A stretch of 64,000 bases of DNA from Eledone cirrhosa (taxonomy: Eukaryota): positions 110,174,001-110,238,000 of the forward strand of contig OZ024741.1 of assembly GCA_964016885.1 (NCBI GenBank). Direction: 5' to 3'. The position numbers were made by a program, and so were the translations under genes. Every line of letters starts with the position of its first letter. Position 1 is the first letter of the stretch. Shown here one piece after another: positions 1 through 14,986 of the stretch. Below the pieces are notes generated by a model. That model worked only from the letters and a program-made list of their open reading frames with translations. It did not search any database and was not told the DNA's origin.

Positions 1-65
<65 letters not shown>

Positions 66-186
66 AATCAGAGAGAGAATGTTTGACGCTATGTCGTGAG
101 TATATTTTGCGATAGTGTGCAGCGTGGTGATGTTTGGTATTTATGTGTGTGTATATATATGTGTGTGTGTGTATGTATGTATATGT

Positions 187-249
<63 letters not shown>

Positions 250-351
250 CACACATATATATATATATCTGTGTGTGTGTGCATGTGTGTATGTGTAAAT
301 ATATATACGTATATATATGTGTGTGTGTGTGTGCATATATATGTGTATATA

Positions 352-440
<89 letters not shown>

Positions 441-1370
441 ATATGTCTATGTGTGAGACTACCGCTTGTGTATTTGAGTGATATGTTATTAAAATGTACG
501 ATTTTGAGAACGGGAAAAGCAATCGATATTTATATTATATTATACTAATACATACGTGTATATGTATATTTATATATAGAGATATACACACACGTATATA
601 TATATATATACATATATTTATGTGTATGTGTATTTGCGTGTTTCTGTGTGTTTATGCATGCATGTACGTCCGGTGTATCTATTTGTGTATGTGCGCATAT
701 ATGTATGTGTGTGTGTATATATTTGTGTATGTGTGCATATGTGCATGTGTGTGTGTGTATATATTTGCGTATGTGAGCATATTTGTGTATGTGAGCATAT
801 ATGTACGTGCGAGTGTATATATTTGTGTATGTGCGTGTGTATATATCTCTGTATGTGTGCATATATCTATGTGCGTGTGTATACATTTGTGTATGTGTGC
901 ATATATGTACGTGCGTGTGTATATATTTGTGTATGTATGTGTGTTCAATCGTCATTTCTGCGGGTCAAAGTTTCAGCCAACTTGTCAATGTTTACATATG
1001 CACGCACGCACGCACGCACGCACACGCACACACACACTCAAACACACATACACACACACTCAGACCGAAGATACACACTAACAAATACATACACACTGAT
1101 ACATATTCACATATGCATATGCACACTTCTACACACACAAGCACATGCACACACACACACAAGCATACAAACACATTTGCACACACACACGCACTCACAC
1201 ACGCGCGCTCATAAACAAACACACGCCCATACATGCTAACATACAAACACACTCAAACACATCCGTACACATTCATGTCTAAATTAATGTCTAGGAAATC
1301 AACGCAAGAGAGGTTGGTAGCTATCGTTGTCCTAAGTCCTAACTCATTAAAGGTAGAAGTTAAATATTTA

Positions 1371-1437
<67 letters not shown>

Positions 1438-1446
1438 TATATATAT

Positions 1447-1528
<82 letters not shown>

Positions 1529-1537
1529 TATATATAT

Positions 1538-1626
<89 letters not shown>

Positions 1627-1854
1627 TATATATATATATACGTATATATATTTACATTTACATATATATATACATATATATCCGTTTATTTGGAACTTGA
1701 AACCGCGGTAAAGGCACACATAGTGAGTACAACGACTTTTTCTCTATTTGCTAGACCTGGATTTGTCATATATATATATATATATATATACATATGTTGA
1801 TTTAAAACTGCACTATCCACAAGTGTTTTTTAGCCTTCATATCATGTTCTCCTG

Positions 1855-1921
1855 TTTTATCTGATGAAAACACAAATATTATTGCATGATGATGTTTGTT
1901 TTTGAAATGCGCATAATAAAA
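1855..1921 (+). ncRNA. Type I hammerhead ribozyme (PLE pLTR type)
   Basis: ttttat-CTGATGA-stem II (aaacacaaatat...atgtttgttttt)-GAAA-tgcgca-TA-ataaaa; stem I ttttat/ataaaa; palindromic stem III ATGCGCAT. Confidence 0.8.
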
Positions 1922-1953
1922 TACATGGAACTCCTTTAACCATCTTTTGATCT

Positions 1954-2043
<90 letters not shown>

Positions 2044-2056
2044 TATTTTGCTCCAA

Positions 2057-2148
<92 letters not shown>

Positions 2149-2339
2149 GGTTTGAGGTTCACCACTGTATAGAGCTGGTCTATTCCGTATGGTCAATCGT
2201 AATGCAATAATATAGAGAGTACTCAACGTAAAGCAGTTCAACCGTCTTTGTTTTTGTAGTTGGTGGTGCTATTACGGAGTTAAATATTATAATGAAATGA
2301 CAGGAGGCTGGATTTGTGTAAATCCTTGAAAGGTTTATT

Positions 2340-2397
2340 ATACTATGATCATTTCAATGACCGGGTTCCGTATGAATCCGGTGATATCATCAGGTAT
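2340..2397 (-). ncRNA. Type I hammerhead ribozyme, left-arm copy
   Basis: Reverse complement of 2815-2872. Confidence 0.75.
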
Positions 2398-2814
2398 TCG
2401 AAATCTAATACGTGAATGTAATAGGTAAAATCCATGGGGCTGAAAATCGAGACCCGAGGGCGACCGCTATTCTGTTCCTTCAACCTCAGCCGGTCGCCCT
2501 GGAGTGACGTGGCTAAATTTTATAGTATGCTACTACCGGTCAGATGAACGAAAACAGAAAGAGATGGGAGCATAGGTTAACGTCGATCCCTCCTTTCTTT
2601 CTTTCTTTTACCTTGTGTCATGGGATCGACGTTAACCTATGCTCCCATCTCTTTCTGTTTTCGTTCATCTGACCGGTAGTAGCATACTATAAAATTTAGC
2701 CACGTCACTCCAGGGCGACCGGCTGAGGTTGAAGGAACAGAATAGCGGTCGCCCTCGGGTCTCGATTTTCAGCCCCATGGATTTTACCTATTACATTCAC
2801 GTATTAGATTTCGA

Positions 2815-2872
2815 ATACCTGATGATATCACCGGATTCATACGGAACCCGGTCATTGAAATGATCATAGTAT
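2815..2872 (+). ncRNA. Type I hammerhead ribozyme
   Basis: atac-CTGATGA-(accgg/ccggt stem II)-GAAA-tgatca-TA-gtat; palindrome ATGATCAT. Confidence 0.75.
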
Positions 2873-2923
2873 AATAAACCTTTCAAGGATTTACACAAAT
2901 CCAGCCTCCTGTCATTTCATTAT

Positions 2924-2960
<37 letters not shown>

Positions 2961-3092
2961 TATATATACATATATATATGTATATATATACATTTATATA
3001 TATATATATATATGAATATATATACATATATATATATGTATATATGTACATTTATATATATATACACACACATACATATATATATATACACA

Positions 3093-3189
<97 letters not shown>

Positions 3190-3489
3190 GCCTTGGAGCG
3201 GGGTACCTGTAAATGTAGTTACACGTTACACACCTAACCCACCACGTCAAGAACGTTGTGATATATGTTTGGCCAGTGACTTCGGTCGGTTTTCCTGGTG
3301 TCACGCTATATAACTGTTGTTTACTATGAACCTAATGTTTTTTTAACTTTCGCTCCATTGAGTGCTTTGTGTTTGCCTTATACAAATCGAATAAATATTT
3401 GCTCTACGGTTCTTATATATTTTATATATATTTATCCTTATCGAGCCCTCTTTGGATTTTAGTCTTCAAATTTATTATTATTACTATAT

Positions 3490-3680
3490 GGCGGTGAATT
3501 GGCAGTATCGGTAGAGGGTCGGACGCCATGCTTTGACGCTTAGAGTTACGGCCCTTGCCATTCTGAGTTCAAATCCCGCCGAGGTTAACTTTGCCTTTCA
3601 TCCTTACGGGGTCGATAAAATAAAGTACCAGTAATACACTGCGAAATTGCTGGCCTTGTGCCAAAAGTAGTAACAATTAC
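3490..3680 (+). mobile_element. tRNA-derived SINE with Nin-like central domain
   Basis: A box tggcagtatcgg, B box gagttcaaatccc, core gcctttcatccttacggggtcgataaaataaagtaccag; more than 12 copies in the window. Confidence 0.85.
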
Positions 3681-3843
3681 TATATCTATATATATATATA
3701 CTGTATATAACCAGATTAGTTTTTTCGTTGTTTTGGTACTGTATGGTTGGGTTTTGCCTGCCGCATTTTGCTACTCATTCCTAATTGTAGGCCGACTTTG
3801 CTTGGCGGCAGCCAAAGCTTCGATTTTACTAAGCTTCCACTTG

Positions 3844-3874
<31 letters not shown>

Positions 3875-3939
3875 AGAGAGAGAGAGAGAGAGCTATGAAA
3901 GTAAGTAATACGACAACTGCATCTATTATCAGTCCATCG

Positions 3940-4139
3940 NNNNNNNNNNNNNNNNNNNNNNNNNNNNNNNNNNNNNNNNNNNNNNNNNNNNNNNNNNNNN
4001 NNNNNNNNNNNNNNNNNNNNNNNNNNNNNNNNNNNNNNNNNNNNNNNNNNNNNNNNNNNNNNNNNNNNNNNNNNNNNNNNNNNNNNNNNNNNNNNNNNNN
4101 NNNNNNNNNNNNNNNNNNNNNNNNNNNNNNNNNNNNNNN
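3940..4139. other. Assembly gap (200 N)
   Basis: Run of n. Confidence 1.
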
Positions 4140-4251
4140 ATTTTATTAGAATGCTGTTGAAGTGTGTATACATATTTTTGGGGACACACTGTATATATAT
4201 ATATATATTGTGTGTTGTGTGTGTGTATATATATGTATATATGTGTTTAAT

Positions 4252-4345
<94 letters not shown>

Positions 4346-4504
4346 TACATATATATATATAGTTATAGATATAGATATATGTGCGTGTGTGTGTGTCTGT
4401 GTGTGTGTGTATGTGTCCTGTGTGTGTCTGTGGTGTGGTGTGTGTGTGTGTGTATTCCATATATATATATATATATGTGTGTGTGCGTGTGTGTGTGTAT
4501 GTAT

Positions 4505-4722
4505 GTAAAAGGTAAAACAGAAATAACAACACAATCGGTACAGTATAATAGAAAGGGATTATATTAGGTTAACACTTGATATAGCAGGAAGAGGGGTGTT
4601 TACGGTTTTGAACGCTAGTCGTTTATCAGAAGAAAGAATGAGAAAATAAAATAGTTTGAGGGGACGGCGGGTTGGAATTGGAAAAAAAATGTCTTTAGAT
4701 TAAAAATAACAGGTCCCATTCA
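4505..4722 (-). mobile_element. Diverged copy of the HHR-bearing element at 22430-22630 (core decayed to CTGATAA)
   Basis: Reverse-complement similarity along ~200 bp. Confidence 0.7.
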
Positions 4723-4743
4723 TGTTGACATCTCTTTGCAATA

Positions 4744-5197
4744 TATATAGTGAAGAATAAGTATGCATAATCACTTTTTTACAATTAATTCTGAAAATTT
4801 CCATTACAAAATGTTTCGACGAGTTTTGACGACTATGCAGTGTGTTGGTTCCATAGCATCAATCCAGCCACTTCAGATGGTTTTTTCCGAAGATTATTTA
4901 TACCTAGCTCTGCTTTTCTGGAAAAACCCGAGTGGATAGATAGGGGGACCTAATAAAATTCCATCTCTTCTCTCTCAATATCAGGTCCCCATTATCTCCT
5001 TCCTCTTCGGTTTTTCCAGAAAAACCAGAGGTGGGTATAAATAATGTTCGGAAAACCACCTGAAGTGGCAGGATTGATGCTATGGAACCAACACACTGCA
5101 TAGTCCATCAAATCCGTCGAAACCATTTGTACTAGAAAATTCTTCGAATAAATTGTTGTATAAATACATCATCCATACTTATTCTTCACTGCATATA
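4744..5197. repeat. Old imperfect fold-back (~215-bp arms) with an HHR-like CTGAAGT...GAAAC motif
   Basis: ctatgcagtgtgttggttccatagcatcaatcc versus ggattgatgctatggaaccaacacactgcatag. Confidence 0.75.
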
Positions 5198-5357
5198 CTC
5201 CGCCTCGACCACCAGATGTAAAACTGGGACATTGCAGGAAGTTGAGTGCTTACCCCAGGACCACTTCCAGATCTACCAGTTTACAATACCCTAACTGGTC
5301 GTCTACCTGCATTGCATATAATATATATACATATATATATATATACACACACAAGCA

Positions 5358-5408
<51 letters not shown>

Positions 5409-5430
5409 GTATATATATATATATATATAT

Positions 5431-5556
5431 TAAAAATAAACAGATTAGAGTTTAAGCAAAAAAATCGCTGCTTTCACCCTTAACGGGATCTTCAGAAGAT
5501 CCCGTTAAGGGTGAAAAGCAGCAATTTTTTTGCTTAAACTCTAATCTGTTATTTTA
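5431..5556. repeat. Palindrome centred at 5494, from a PLE-like 3'-end family (other pieces at 3390, 27245, 30046, 40201, 44605)
   Basis: cccttaacgggatcttc-a-gaagatcccgttaaggg. Confidence 0.85.
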
Positions 5557-5588
5557 ATAAATATTTTTCTCTAGGGTTCTTATATATT

Positions 5589-5655
<67 letters not shown>

Positions 5656-5706
5656 TATATATATATATATTATATATTAATATATTATATAATATATATA
5701 TATAAT

Positions 5707-5738
<32 letters not shown>

Positions 5739-5776
5739 ATATATATATTATATATATAAATATATATTATATTATA

Positions 5777-5826
<50 letters not shown>

Positions 5827-5842
5827 ATATATTAATATAATA

Positions 5843-5892
<50 letters not shown>

Positions 5893-5942
5893 ATATATAT
5901 TAATATATTATATATATATATAATTATATATATATTATATAT

Positions 5943-5974
<32 letters not shown>

Positions 5975-5997
5975 ATATTATATATATTATATATAAG

Positions 5998-6193
5998 GGC
6001 GGTGGATTGGCAGTATCGGTAGAGGGTCGGACGCCATTCTTTTTACGCATAGAGGTTACGGCCCTTGCCATTCTGAGTTCAAATCCCGCCGAGGTTAACT
6101 TTACCTTTTCATCCTTACAGAGTCGAAAAAAATAAAGTACCAGTAATGCACTGGGTAATTGCTGGCCTTGTGCCAAAAGTAGAAATAATTATT
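5998..6193 (+). mobile_element. Nin-like tRNA SINE
   Basis: Full-length match to 3490-3680. Confidence 0.85.
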
Positions 6194-6221
6194 ACTATAT
6201 ATATATATATATATGTGTGTG

Positions 6222-6459
6222 TATATCACAGAAAAAAAGAGAAATCAGTGTTGCGAGGGAATGGAATTTTATTGGACATATTCCAATCGTTTCTCTGGCG
6301 ACCAGCTCGAGGCACGATCGATGTGATGATCGAACCTGACTCTGAAATTCGCAAGGTCCCTCAGATACATCTTGATTCTACGAAGCAGATTTTCTTTATG
6401 TCCTATGTCCCAATAAATTCCATTCGTCGCAAACACTGATTCTCTTTTTTCTGTGATAT
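6222..6459. repeat. Element with ~58-bp terminal inverted arms
   Basis: atatcacagaaaaaaagagaaatcagtgttgcga... versus ...tcgcaaacactgattctctttttctgtgatat. Confidence 0.7.
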
Positions 6460-8026
6460 CATATTCTTCTCTATGAGAGCATCGAGTGCTCAAAACGGCC
6501 TACCGCACACGGACGCTTTAAGCATCCAACGCCAATTATATTATATATATATATATATTATATAATATATATATATTAATATATATATTTATATATTAAT
6601 ATATATATTAATATATATATAATTTTTTATTTAATGGGCGAAGACAACGGGGAAAAACGGGACGATACATAGGGGCAGTCCCTTTTCATCAGTCAACTAC
6701 ATATATAATGTGTGCATGCATACATACATACAATACATACATACATACATACATACATACATACATACATACATACATACATTACATACATTAGAGTATG
6801 TGTTTAGAAATGTCATAGTATTTAATTACATTCAAATGTTAATTGTGAGTTGAGTGTAGAATTTATTTTTCTAAGTTTCAGCTTAATTGTTATTAATACA
6901 GATCGTTTTCGTCGATGTTGTTGACTTATTAAAATAAACTGTTTTTGATAAGTGGAAAAATATCGGTGTATGTTTCGAAGTAAAAGAATCGTCCATAAAT
7001 AACAAACTACCAGGCGTGGTATATGAGTCCCTTAATTCATTTATATAGACAGGCAGGACAGACAGGCGGAGGGATAAAACAGTCGGATAGATAGATAGAG
7101 AGAAAGAAAGAAAATAGAGAAAGAGAGAGAGAGAGATGGACTAGTTGATTGATAACTAGATCGATCGAAAGATCGATAGATATAGATATTGGCAGGTAGG
7201 TCGGTATGTAGGGAAGTAGGTGGGTAAATGAGTAAGTAGGTAGATATCTAGTAAGAGAGATAGAGAGGGGAGAGAGAGTGGACAGAGAGAGATTGGCTGA
7301 TTGATAAATAGCTAGATCGATCGAAAAGATATATATATTCATTCATTCCTGTTTGTGCAAACACAGGGCAACAAAACTTATGAAGTGCATGTCGGAGATC
7401 ACCTTCTGATAAGTTTAAGTAGAACGATGTTGTCCGCAAAACTCCAGCTTACTAATCCTACACCCGTCCAATCTCAATATTATTTCCAGCCCGGCTACAC
7501 ATGTCAATCTTGGTCTATGAAGATTATAATAGGAGAGGTGGACAGTAAGCACTCTTGGCGGAGTCCGACCACCTACATTTAGTACAATTTTATCCAACCA
7601 CAAATACCATTAGCGGACTTCAGGGCAACAAAAAGCTGTCCGTCGAGTGGCTGCATCTCGCTTTCGAGAAATAGCCATCACGTGACCTTTTTTCTCAAAA
7701 CATGAATGACACAAACGTGACATTTTAGCCCTGCCAAGGACTTCGGCCAGCCATGCTCGAAAAGATGTTTAGATAATTTAAAACCTGTGCTTGAAGCTTT
7801 TTTTAAGTAAAGAAAGGCCTTGCTCTGAAACCAATCACACACACTGAACAACAATGCCAGGTAATCCCAAAAAAAACAACAGGTCAACATCATTGGCGGC
7901 CATCCTAAAATGGTGCCCAAACGAGGATTCAGGCCGCTCTCACTCCCGGTAGGGTAAACACACGCTCGGGCATAAAAACTAAGTATTTTCCATGTCCGCG
8001 TACACACACCACACCACACACACACA

Positions 8027-8069
<43 letters not shown>

Positions 8070-8562
8070 ACACACGCGCGCACACACACATACATTATAT
8101 ATATTTCATTTTATTATGGCTAAATAGTGAGTCTTGTTACTCCTGGAGTTTTCGCCTGTTTTACCACAGGGTGATCAGACAAGAACATTACGGATATATA
8201 TATATATATATGTATATATAAATATATATATATGTATAATATACATATACATATATATACATAAACACTTGATGGTTGTTAATAGGTTGTTCAATACGTT
8301 AGTACTGATGATTTTCATACGAATGAAACAGTTTCTAATCCTGTTAAAGTCATTCCAATAATATATATATATATATATATATGCATTTAGCCTTAATAAA
8401 ATGAATATATATTTTATATGTAAATATATGTATGGAGAGATATGGTCCAAGTTTGAGCCTTGAAAACCTTGGGTAGCGCTTTTGTTCCGTGTATGAACAT
8501 AAATAATTAATAATATAATTTAATATGTGCGTGTGTGTGCGTGGTACATATATATATATATG

Positions 8563-8635
<73 letters not shown>

Positions 8636-8647
8636 CACGCACATACA

Positions 8648-8952
8648 TCGAAGACCTCCTTCGGTCCACGATTGACCATGTGATTTGCACTTACAAATTT
8701 TCCCTCCGAGGCACAAGTCCGGGCAAGGCTGTTTGAGGAAGACCACCAGGCGCCCCATGCATACCAGTCTCCCCTCTACACGCCACCGATGTTGTCCAAG
8801 GGAAAGGCTATGGTCGGTACAGCTTGGCACCAGTGACGTCGCAGCTCATTTCTACAGCTGAGTAAACTGGAGCAACGTGAAAATAAATGTCTTGCTTGCC
8901 CAAGGACACAATGCATCACCCGGTCTGAGAATCAAACTCATAACCTTTCGAT
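8648..8952 (-). mobile_element. Second tRNA-derived SINE family (octopus OR-like)
   Basis: Near-identical to 20133-20385; minus strand has a B-box-like gagtttgattc followed by tgtgtccttgggcaag. Confidence 0.75.
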
Positions 8953-8960
8953 TTGCATAT

Positions 8961-8994
<34 letters not shown>

Positions 8995-9129
8995 ATATAT
9001 ATATATATTATATATATAAGATATTAATTTAACAATAATATATACATATATATACATATATATATACATATATATACATATATATATATTATACATATAA
9101 TATATAACATATATATATTATATATATGC

Positions 9130-9178
<49 letters not shown>

Positions 9179-9252
9179 GTATATTATATATATATATATA
9201 TATATAATATATATATATATATATTATATATATATGTATATATGTATATATA

Positions 9253-9301
<49 letters not shown>

Positions 9302-9411
9302 ATAAGATATTAATTTAACAATAATATATACATATATAACATATATATATATACATATATATACATATATATACATATATATAATACATATAATATATAC
9401 ATATATATATA

Positions 9412-9457
<46 letters not shown>

Positions 9458-10026
9458 AATTATATATATATATTATATATGCATATATATATACATATTT
9501 AATACATAGATAATGTATGTATAAATGTATATATTTTATATAAAATCTATGTATATATATATATAATATATGTATATATGTATGTATGTATGCATATATG
9601 TATGCACGCATGCATGTATGTATATATATAGTACAAATTTTAAAGAAAAACAATAAAGACAAACAAGATAACAATTACCAAATGTTTGGGATCGCGGACT
9701 GTATGAAATGGAAAATAGGAAAAATAGGAAAAATAGGAAAATAGTGTCTGTGTGCACCCGCCTGTGGTATTTTGTGTTGTTACTGTTTGTTACGGTTCCC
9801 ACGCCTTGCATGTTTTAGTCCCCCTATGATGTTTTCTTGGGTATCATTATGATAGGGGTCCCGGCTCTATCGTGTTGCCAATTTTTCCGGTAACAGATAG
9901 GGAGCTTTTGAACTCAGAGCACAGGACACCGCGATAAGTACCCCAGAATGTTTACACCCACAATAATTATTTAATCCGACGCTCCAACGATTTAGGGAAA
10001 ATAAACTTCACATGTATGTATGAGAT

Positions 10027-10432
10027 GACCCCTTAGCCTTTGTCAAGGCAGAAGGAAAACTCTGATATAACACCTGCAAACTCTGATGGTATCCTATGAT
10101 GTTGACTTGTTTCTTCTTTTTGGTAAAATATCATCTTGGTTAAGAGAGTGGGACTGGCTTTGTGCAGTGCCTTTTGCTCACTATAAAAGCTTCACGGCAC
10201 AGGCATTGCTTTATATCTGGAGATCTCTCTGCACTTGTCGTCACATGGTACCATGGGGCCCAGCACTATGTGTCCAATAATTGTCCACAAGTGTAGTGTT
10301 TGTACCAGAGTTTTTCAAGTCGCTGGGCTGGGACTAAAAAGTCACACTCGTTCAGCGCATCGGTAGGGGTTTCTCCCTACATGGCTATTAAAAGTAGTGG
10401 CCGTACTCGAAAAACGAGGTTGGCAGCCACCA
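10027..10432 (+). mobile_element. Interspersed repeat resembling a non-autonomous LINE derivative; related to 18085-18757
   Basis: Highly similar to 18420-18757, and shares gacccttagcctttgtca...actctgatataa with 18085. Confidence 0.6.
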
Positions 10433-11113
10433 TATATATATGGAATGTATGTATGCATATGTCTCACCATAGTTTTGCTTTTTTTCATACGTGGAAAACA
10501 TATACACACAAACACACACAAACACAAACAAAATGCACACAATACTCACATAAATATACAAAAGCTGGCTAAATACAATATACGTATTTATATGTATATA
10601 TGCATATTTATTCATTTATGTGCATACACAAACACATAAACACCACACATATATATATATATGCATATACTTATTTTTTCGTATATATATATACACCACA
10701 CATAATATGTGGTGAGTGCGTGTGTGTGCATGTGTGTGAATCATAGCGTCCGGTATTTTACTGGTTTCCAACGCAGCAATTTTCCGATTTTACTGCATTT
10801 TCTAACTGCAACAATTATATATAAGGGAGTATTTGTATCTCGGTGCAGAACAAAATATCATTGGAGGAGCCCCTGTTTTTACTGTTTATTCGTTATTTTA
10901 CATCCTTCGCTGGCAATATACCGAAATATGGCCTGTGGTGTAAAATAGTTTGTTTATGTTTGGCAACGAGGCTTTAAATGTTTTACATTTCAAATTTACC
11001 CCCTAAATTGATATATGGTGCACTATTGATATATACATATGTACCATTATATATTCATGTACAAACACACATATATATATAATATACATATATATTTTAT
11101 GTATATGTTATAT

Positions 11114-11178
<65 letters not shown>

Positions 11179-11196
11179 CATATTAATATATATACA

Positions 11197-11233
<37 letters not shown>

Positions 11234-11444
11234 TATATATATGTGTATGTATGTATATGTATGTATAATGTATGTATGTAAAATATATATGTATGTATAT
11301 ATATATAGTATCTATATATATAGTTTTATATATATATGTATATAATGTACATATATATGTACATATATGTGTGTGGTGTGGTACACATACACACACATAT
11401 ATATGTGGTATATATATGTGTGTGTGTATGTTATGTATATGTAT

Positions 11445-11503
<59 letters not shown>

Positions 11504-11591
11504 TAAATAGATACATATATATATTTTCTTTATTAGCCACAGGGGCACAAAAGAAGGGGAACAAATACAAAGGGGGGAAGTTTTACATACA

Positions 11592-11654
<63 letters not shown>

Positions 11655-11825
11655 CTTCAATGACCAAACGCTTTGCAATAGTTTTGTGTATATAAAAAAA
11701 AATGAATATATACAAAGGGACAGTTGTATGTATATATATATATATATATATATATACGTTATTCCGGGTTGAATCGGAAGGTAAACCACAGTAAGTAAGG
11801 TTACTCAATTACATTGCAGAGTATA

Positions 11826-11965
11826 AAAAGTTTTAATATAGATGAGATTCTACAGGACTAGAAACTGTTTCATTCTTTAGAAATCATCAGGAATCTGTGG
11901 GATTCCTGATGATTTCTGAAGAATGAAACAGTTCTAGTCCTGTAGAATCTCATCTATATTAAAAA

Positions 11966-11970
<5 letters not shown>
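11826..11970. mobile_element. Fold-back with an HHR-like core in each arm; family also at 8300, 18980, 48955, 58455
   Basis: CTGATGA-tttctgaagaat-GAAACAGTT at 11906 and its reverse complement at 11884; 5-nt loop. Confidence 0.75.
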
Positions 11971-12007
<37 letters not shown>

Positions 12008-12047
12008 GTATTGTAATATATAATATAGACATATATATATATATAAT

Positions 12048-12079
<32 letters not shown>

Positions 12080-12085
12080 ATATAT

Positions 12086-12130
<45 letters not shown>

Positions 12131-12739
12131 ATATATATATATATATATATGTGGTGTATGTATGTATGTATGTGTTTTGTATATATGTATAGAAAAGGGG
12201 ACATTACCTGTGTATATTGGAAGATTGAGAGAGAAAAGTCCGCAGAAGTATAGAATCCCAGGACCGCTGCATGGTTTAAACACTGAGACACTGACTAGAG
12301 ATGGAATATGTTGTTGGAGTATGTGTACTATGAGTATGAGTGAGAGTAGTGGGCAGGTTAGATTAGGTTGATATATGACTGTGGCAATGGGTAGCTGTGT
12401 GAGTGGCTGCTAGATATGGAGAGAGGATAGAGAGAGGGGGGAAAGAGATAGTGGAGTAGAAGAGTGAGAGAGAGAGATTATGTGACGATGTGTGCTTAGA
12501 GTATGAGAATGAGCGTGGGAGATAGATAGAGGGGTAGGGAGTGAGCGAGAGAAAGAGAAATGAAATGAGTGAGAGAGGGGAAGAAAATAGAGAGGGAAAG
12601 AGAAAGAGAAAGAGAAAGCGAGAGTGAAAAAGAGAGGAGAGAGGGGGAGATTATGTGACGATATGTAGTGAGTTTTATGATAGAGAACGTGGGAGAAAGA
12701 TGGAGAAAAGAGAGAGAGAGGGAGAGAGAGAGAGAGAGA

Positions 12740-12769
<30 letters not shown>

Positions 12770-12833
<64 letters not shown>

Positions 12834-12977
12834 AATCAGAGAGAGAATGTTTGGACGCTATGTCGTGAGTATATTTTTGCGATAGTGTGGCAGGCGTGGT
12901 GATGTTTGGTATTTTATGTGTGGTGTATATATATGTGTGTGTGTGTATGTATGTATGTATATGTATACATACATAAC

Positions 12978-13009
<32 letters not shown>

Positions 13010-13146
13010 TATATATATATGTATATACACACATATTATATATATATCTGTGTGTGTGTGCATGTGTGTATGTGTAAATATATATACGTATATTATATGT
13101 GTGTGTGTGGTGTGCATATATATGTGTATATATAATATGTATATAT

Positions 13147-13228
<82 letters not shown>

Positions 13229-14201
13229 ATATGTCTATGTGTGAGACTACCGCTTGTGTATTTGAGTGATATGTTATTAAAATGTACGATTTTGAGAACG
13301 GGAAAAAGCAATCGATATTTATATTATATTATACTAATACATACGTGTATATGTATATTTATATATAGAGATATACACACACGTAATATATATATATATA
13401 CATATATTTATGTGTATGTGTATTTGCGTGTTTTCTGTGTGTTTTATGCATGCATGTACGTCCGGTGTATCTATTTGTGTATGTGCGCATATATGTATGT
13501 GTGTGTGTATATATTTTGTGTATGTGTGCATATGTGCATGTGTGTGTGTGTATATATTTGCGTATGTGAGCATATTTGTGTATGTGAGCATATATGTAAC
13601 GTGCGAGTGTATATATTTGTGTATGTGCGTGTGTATATATCTCTGTATGTGTGCATATATCTATGTGCGGTGTGTATACATTTTGTGTATGTGTGCATAT
13701 ATGTTACGTGCGTGTGTATATATTTGTGTATGTATGTGTGTTTCAATCGTCATTTCTGCGGGTCAAAGTTTCAGCCAACTTGTCAATGTTTACATATGCA
13801 CGCACGCACGCACGCACGCACACGCACACACACACTCAAAACACACATACACACACACTCAGACCGAAGATACACACTAACAAAATACATACACACTGAT
13901 ACATATTCACATATGCATATGCACACTTCTACACACACAAGCACATGCACACACACACACAAGCATACAAACACATTTGCACACACACACGCACTCACAC
14001 ACGCGCGCTCATAAACAAAACACACGCCCATACATGCTAACATACAAAACACACTCAAAACACATCCGTACACATTTCATGTCTAAATTAATGTCTAGGA
14101 AATCAACGCAAGAGAGGTTGGTAGCTATCGTTGTCCTAAGTCCTAACTCATTAAAGGTAGAAGTTAAAATATTTTATATATGTATATATATATATATATA
14201 T

Positions 14202-14249
<48 letters not shown>

Positions 14250-14352
14250 TATATATATATAACATATATACATATTATATATATATATATATATAATATA
14301 TATATATATAATATATATATAATATATATATATATATACACAGTATATATAT

Positions 14353-14424
<72 letters not shown>

Positions 14425-14790
14425 ATAATATATATATATAGGTATATATATATATTACGTATATATATTTTACATTTACATATATATATACATATATATC
14501 CGTTTATTTGGAAACTTGAAACCGCGGTAAAAGGCACACATAGTGAGTACAAACGACTTTTTTCTCTATTTGCTAGACCTGGATTTGTCATATATATATA
14601 TATATATATATATACATATGTTGATTTAAAACTGCACTATCCACAAGTGTTTTTTTAGCCTTCATATCATGTTCTCCTGTTTTTATCTGATGAAAAACAC
14701 AAATATTATTGCATGATGATGTTTGTTTTTTGAAATGCGCATAATAAAAATAACATGGAACTCCTTTAACCATCTTTTGAATCTTTATAT

Positions 14791-14878
<88 letters not shown>

Positions 14879-14896
14879 TATTTTGCTCCAATTCTA

Positions 14897-14943
<47 letters not shown>

Positions 14944-14948
14944 TATAT

Positions 14949-14986
<38 letters not shown>

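Larger units (their letters stand above)
2288..2924. mobile_element. Fold-back element with ~300-bp near-perfect inverted arms and a 31-nt loop, one HHR per arm (inverted PLE pLTR-like)
   Basis: 2288-2590 is the reverse complement of 2622-2924; abuts (TA)n; a solo arm occurs at 25480-25695. Confidence 0.85.
1..3939 (+). repeat. First copy of a ~4 kb segment repeated at ~12770-16831; ends at the N-gap
   Basis: Same unique anchors in the same order (gagaatcagagagagaatgtttg ... tctattatcagtccatcg); the second copy differs mainly by 1-nt insertions. Confidence 0.95.

Noticed and set aside
3490-3580. tRNA gene
   Set aside because: A and B boxes belong to a multi-copy SINE head; no complete cloverleaf
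6640-6700. Minus-strand CTGATGA with a gggac/gtccc stem
   Set aside because: No GAAA after stem II; at best a decayed HHR (similarly 26065, 59288, 60225)
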